The position numbers were made by a program, and so were the translations under genes. DNA of 64,000 nt from Phycisphaerae bacterium (GTDB taxonomy: Bacteria; Planctomycetota; Phycisphaerae; UBA1845; Fen-1342): contig CAXXWX010000019.1 of NCBI GenBank assembly GCA_963675745.2, positions 64,001 to 128,000 of the forward strand. The letters run 5' to 3'. Below are positions 63,952 through 64,000 of the stretch, one piece after another; position 1 is the stretch's first letter, and every line of letters begins with the position of its first letter. The notes under the pieces are model-generated. The model had not been told where the DNA came from. It ran no database searches and saw only the letters and a program-made list of their open reading frames with translations.

Positions 63952-64000
63952 ATGGCCCGCGTTCTCATCGTTGTCGAGCAGCCGCATTTGCGCTCCGGCC
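63952..64000 (+). CDS. Start of the next gene (partial)
   Basis: ATG 20 bp after the helicase stop, open to the window end: MARVLIVVEQPHLRSG. Confidence 0.4.
   Translation, partial: MARVLIVVEQPHLRSG

Larger units (their letters stand above)
57439..64000. mobile_element. Putative integrative element (satellite, prophage or ICE-like), continues beyond the window
   Basis: Integrase next to tRNA, hypothetical genes, HTH, DnaB-like helicase, element-specific palindromes; second boundary not visible. Confidence 0.7.

Overview
High-GC bacterial chromosome segment. Gene content (PEP-CTERM protein, DUF4159/MoxR/BatA operon, REP-like palindromes) suggests Planctomycetota, probably Phycisphaerae; this is an inference. 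1-14 kb: housekeeping and envelope genes (ligA, GT-C mannosyltransferase, pgeF, murI, frameshifted prepilin peptidase, aroK, queD, amidase, two CNNM/CBS genes). 14-29.5 kb: eight-gene DUF4159-MoxR-DUF58-BatA/VWA operon. 29.5-32 kb: parB and a MEMO-family gene flanked by two parS sites, where GC skew appears to flip, so oriC may be nearby. 34.5-43 kb: argR-argG-DUF1611-argC-argF'-argB-argE-argH operon with no argA, argJ or argD and a transcarbamylase with a succinyl-type signature. 43-52 kb: PAS-rich two-component cluster whose last kinase is cut by an IS110 remnant. 52.5-57.4 kb: tandem cassettes at the 3' end of tRNA-Ser(CGA), each starting with a 19-bp tRNA repeat followed by an Rhs-core fragment; one keeps a Cys-rich toxin tip plus a candidate immunity gene and PEP-CTERM cargo. 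57.5-64 kb: an integrative element on the 5' side of the tRNA (atypical tyrosine recombinase, Rep-like protein, HTH, DnaB-like helicase, repeated 16-bp palindrome). The best candidates for new biology are the tRNA-att/Rhs cassette array and the DUF1611 protein that may replace ArgA. All calls come from reading motifs by eye; no database searches were run.
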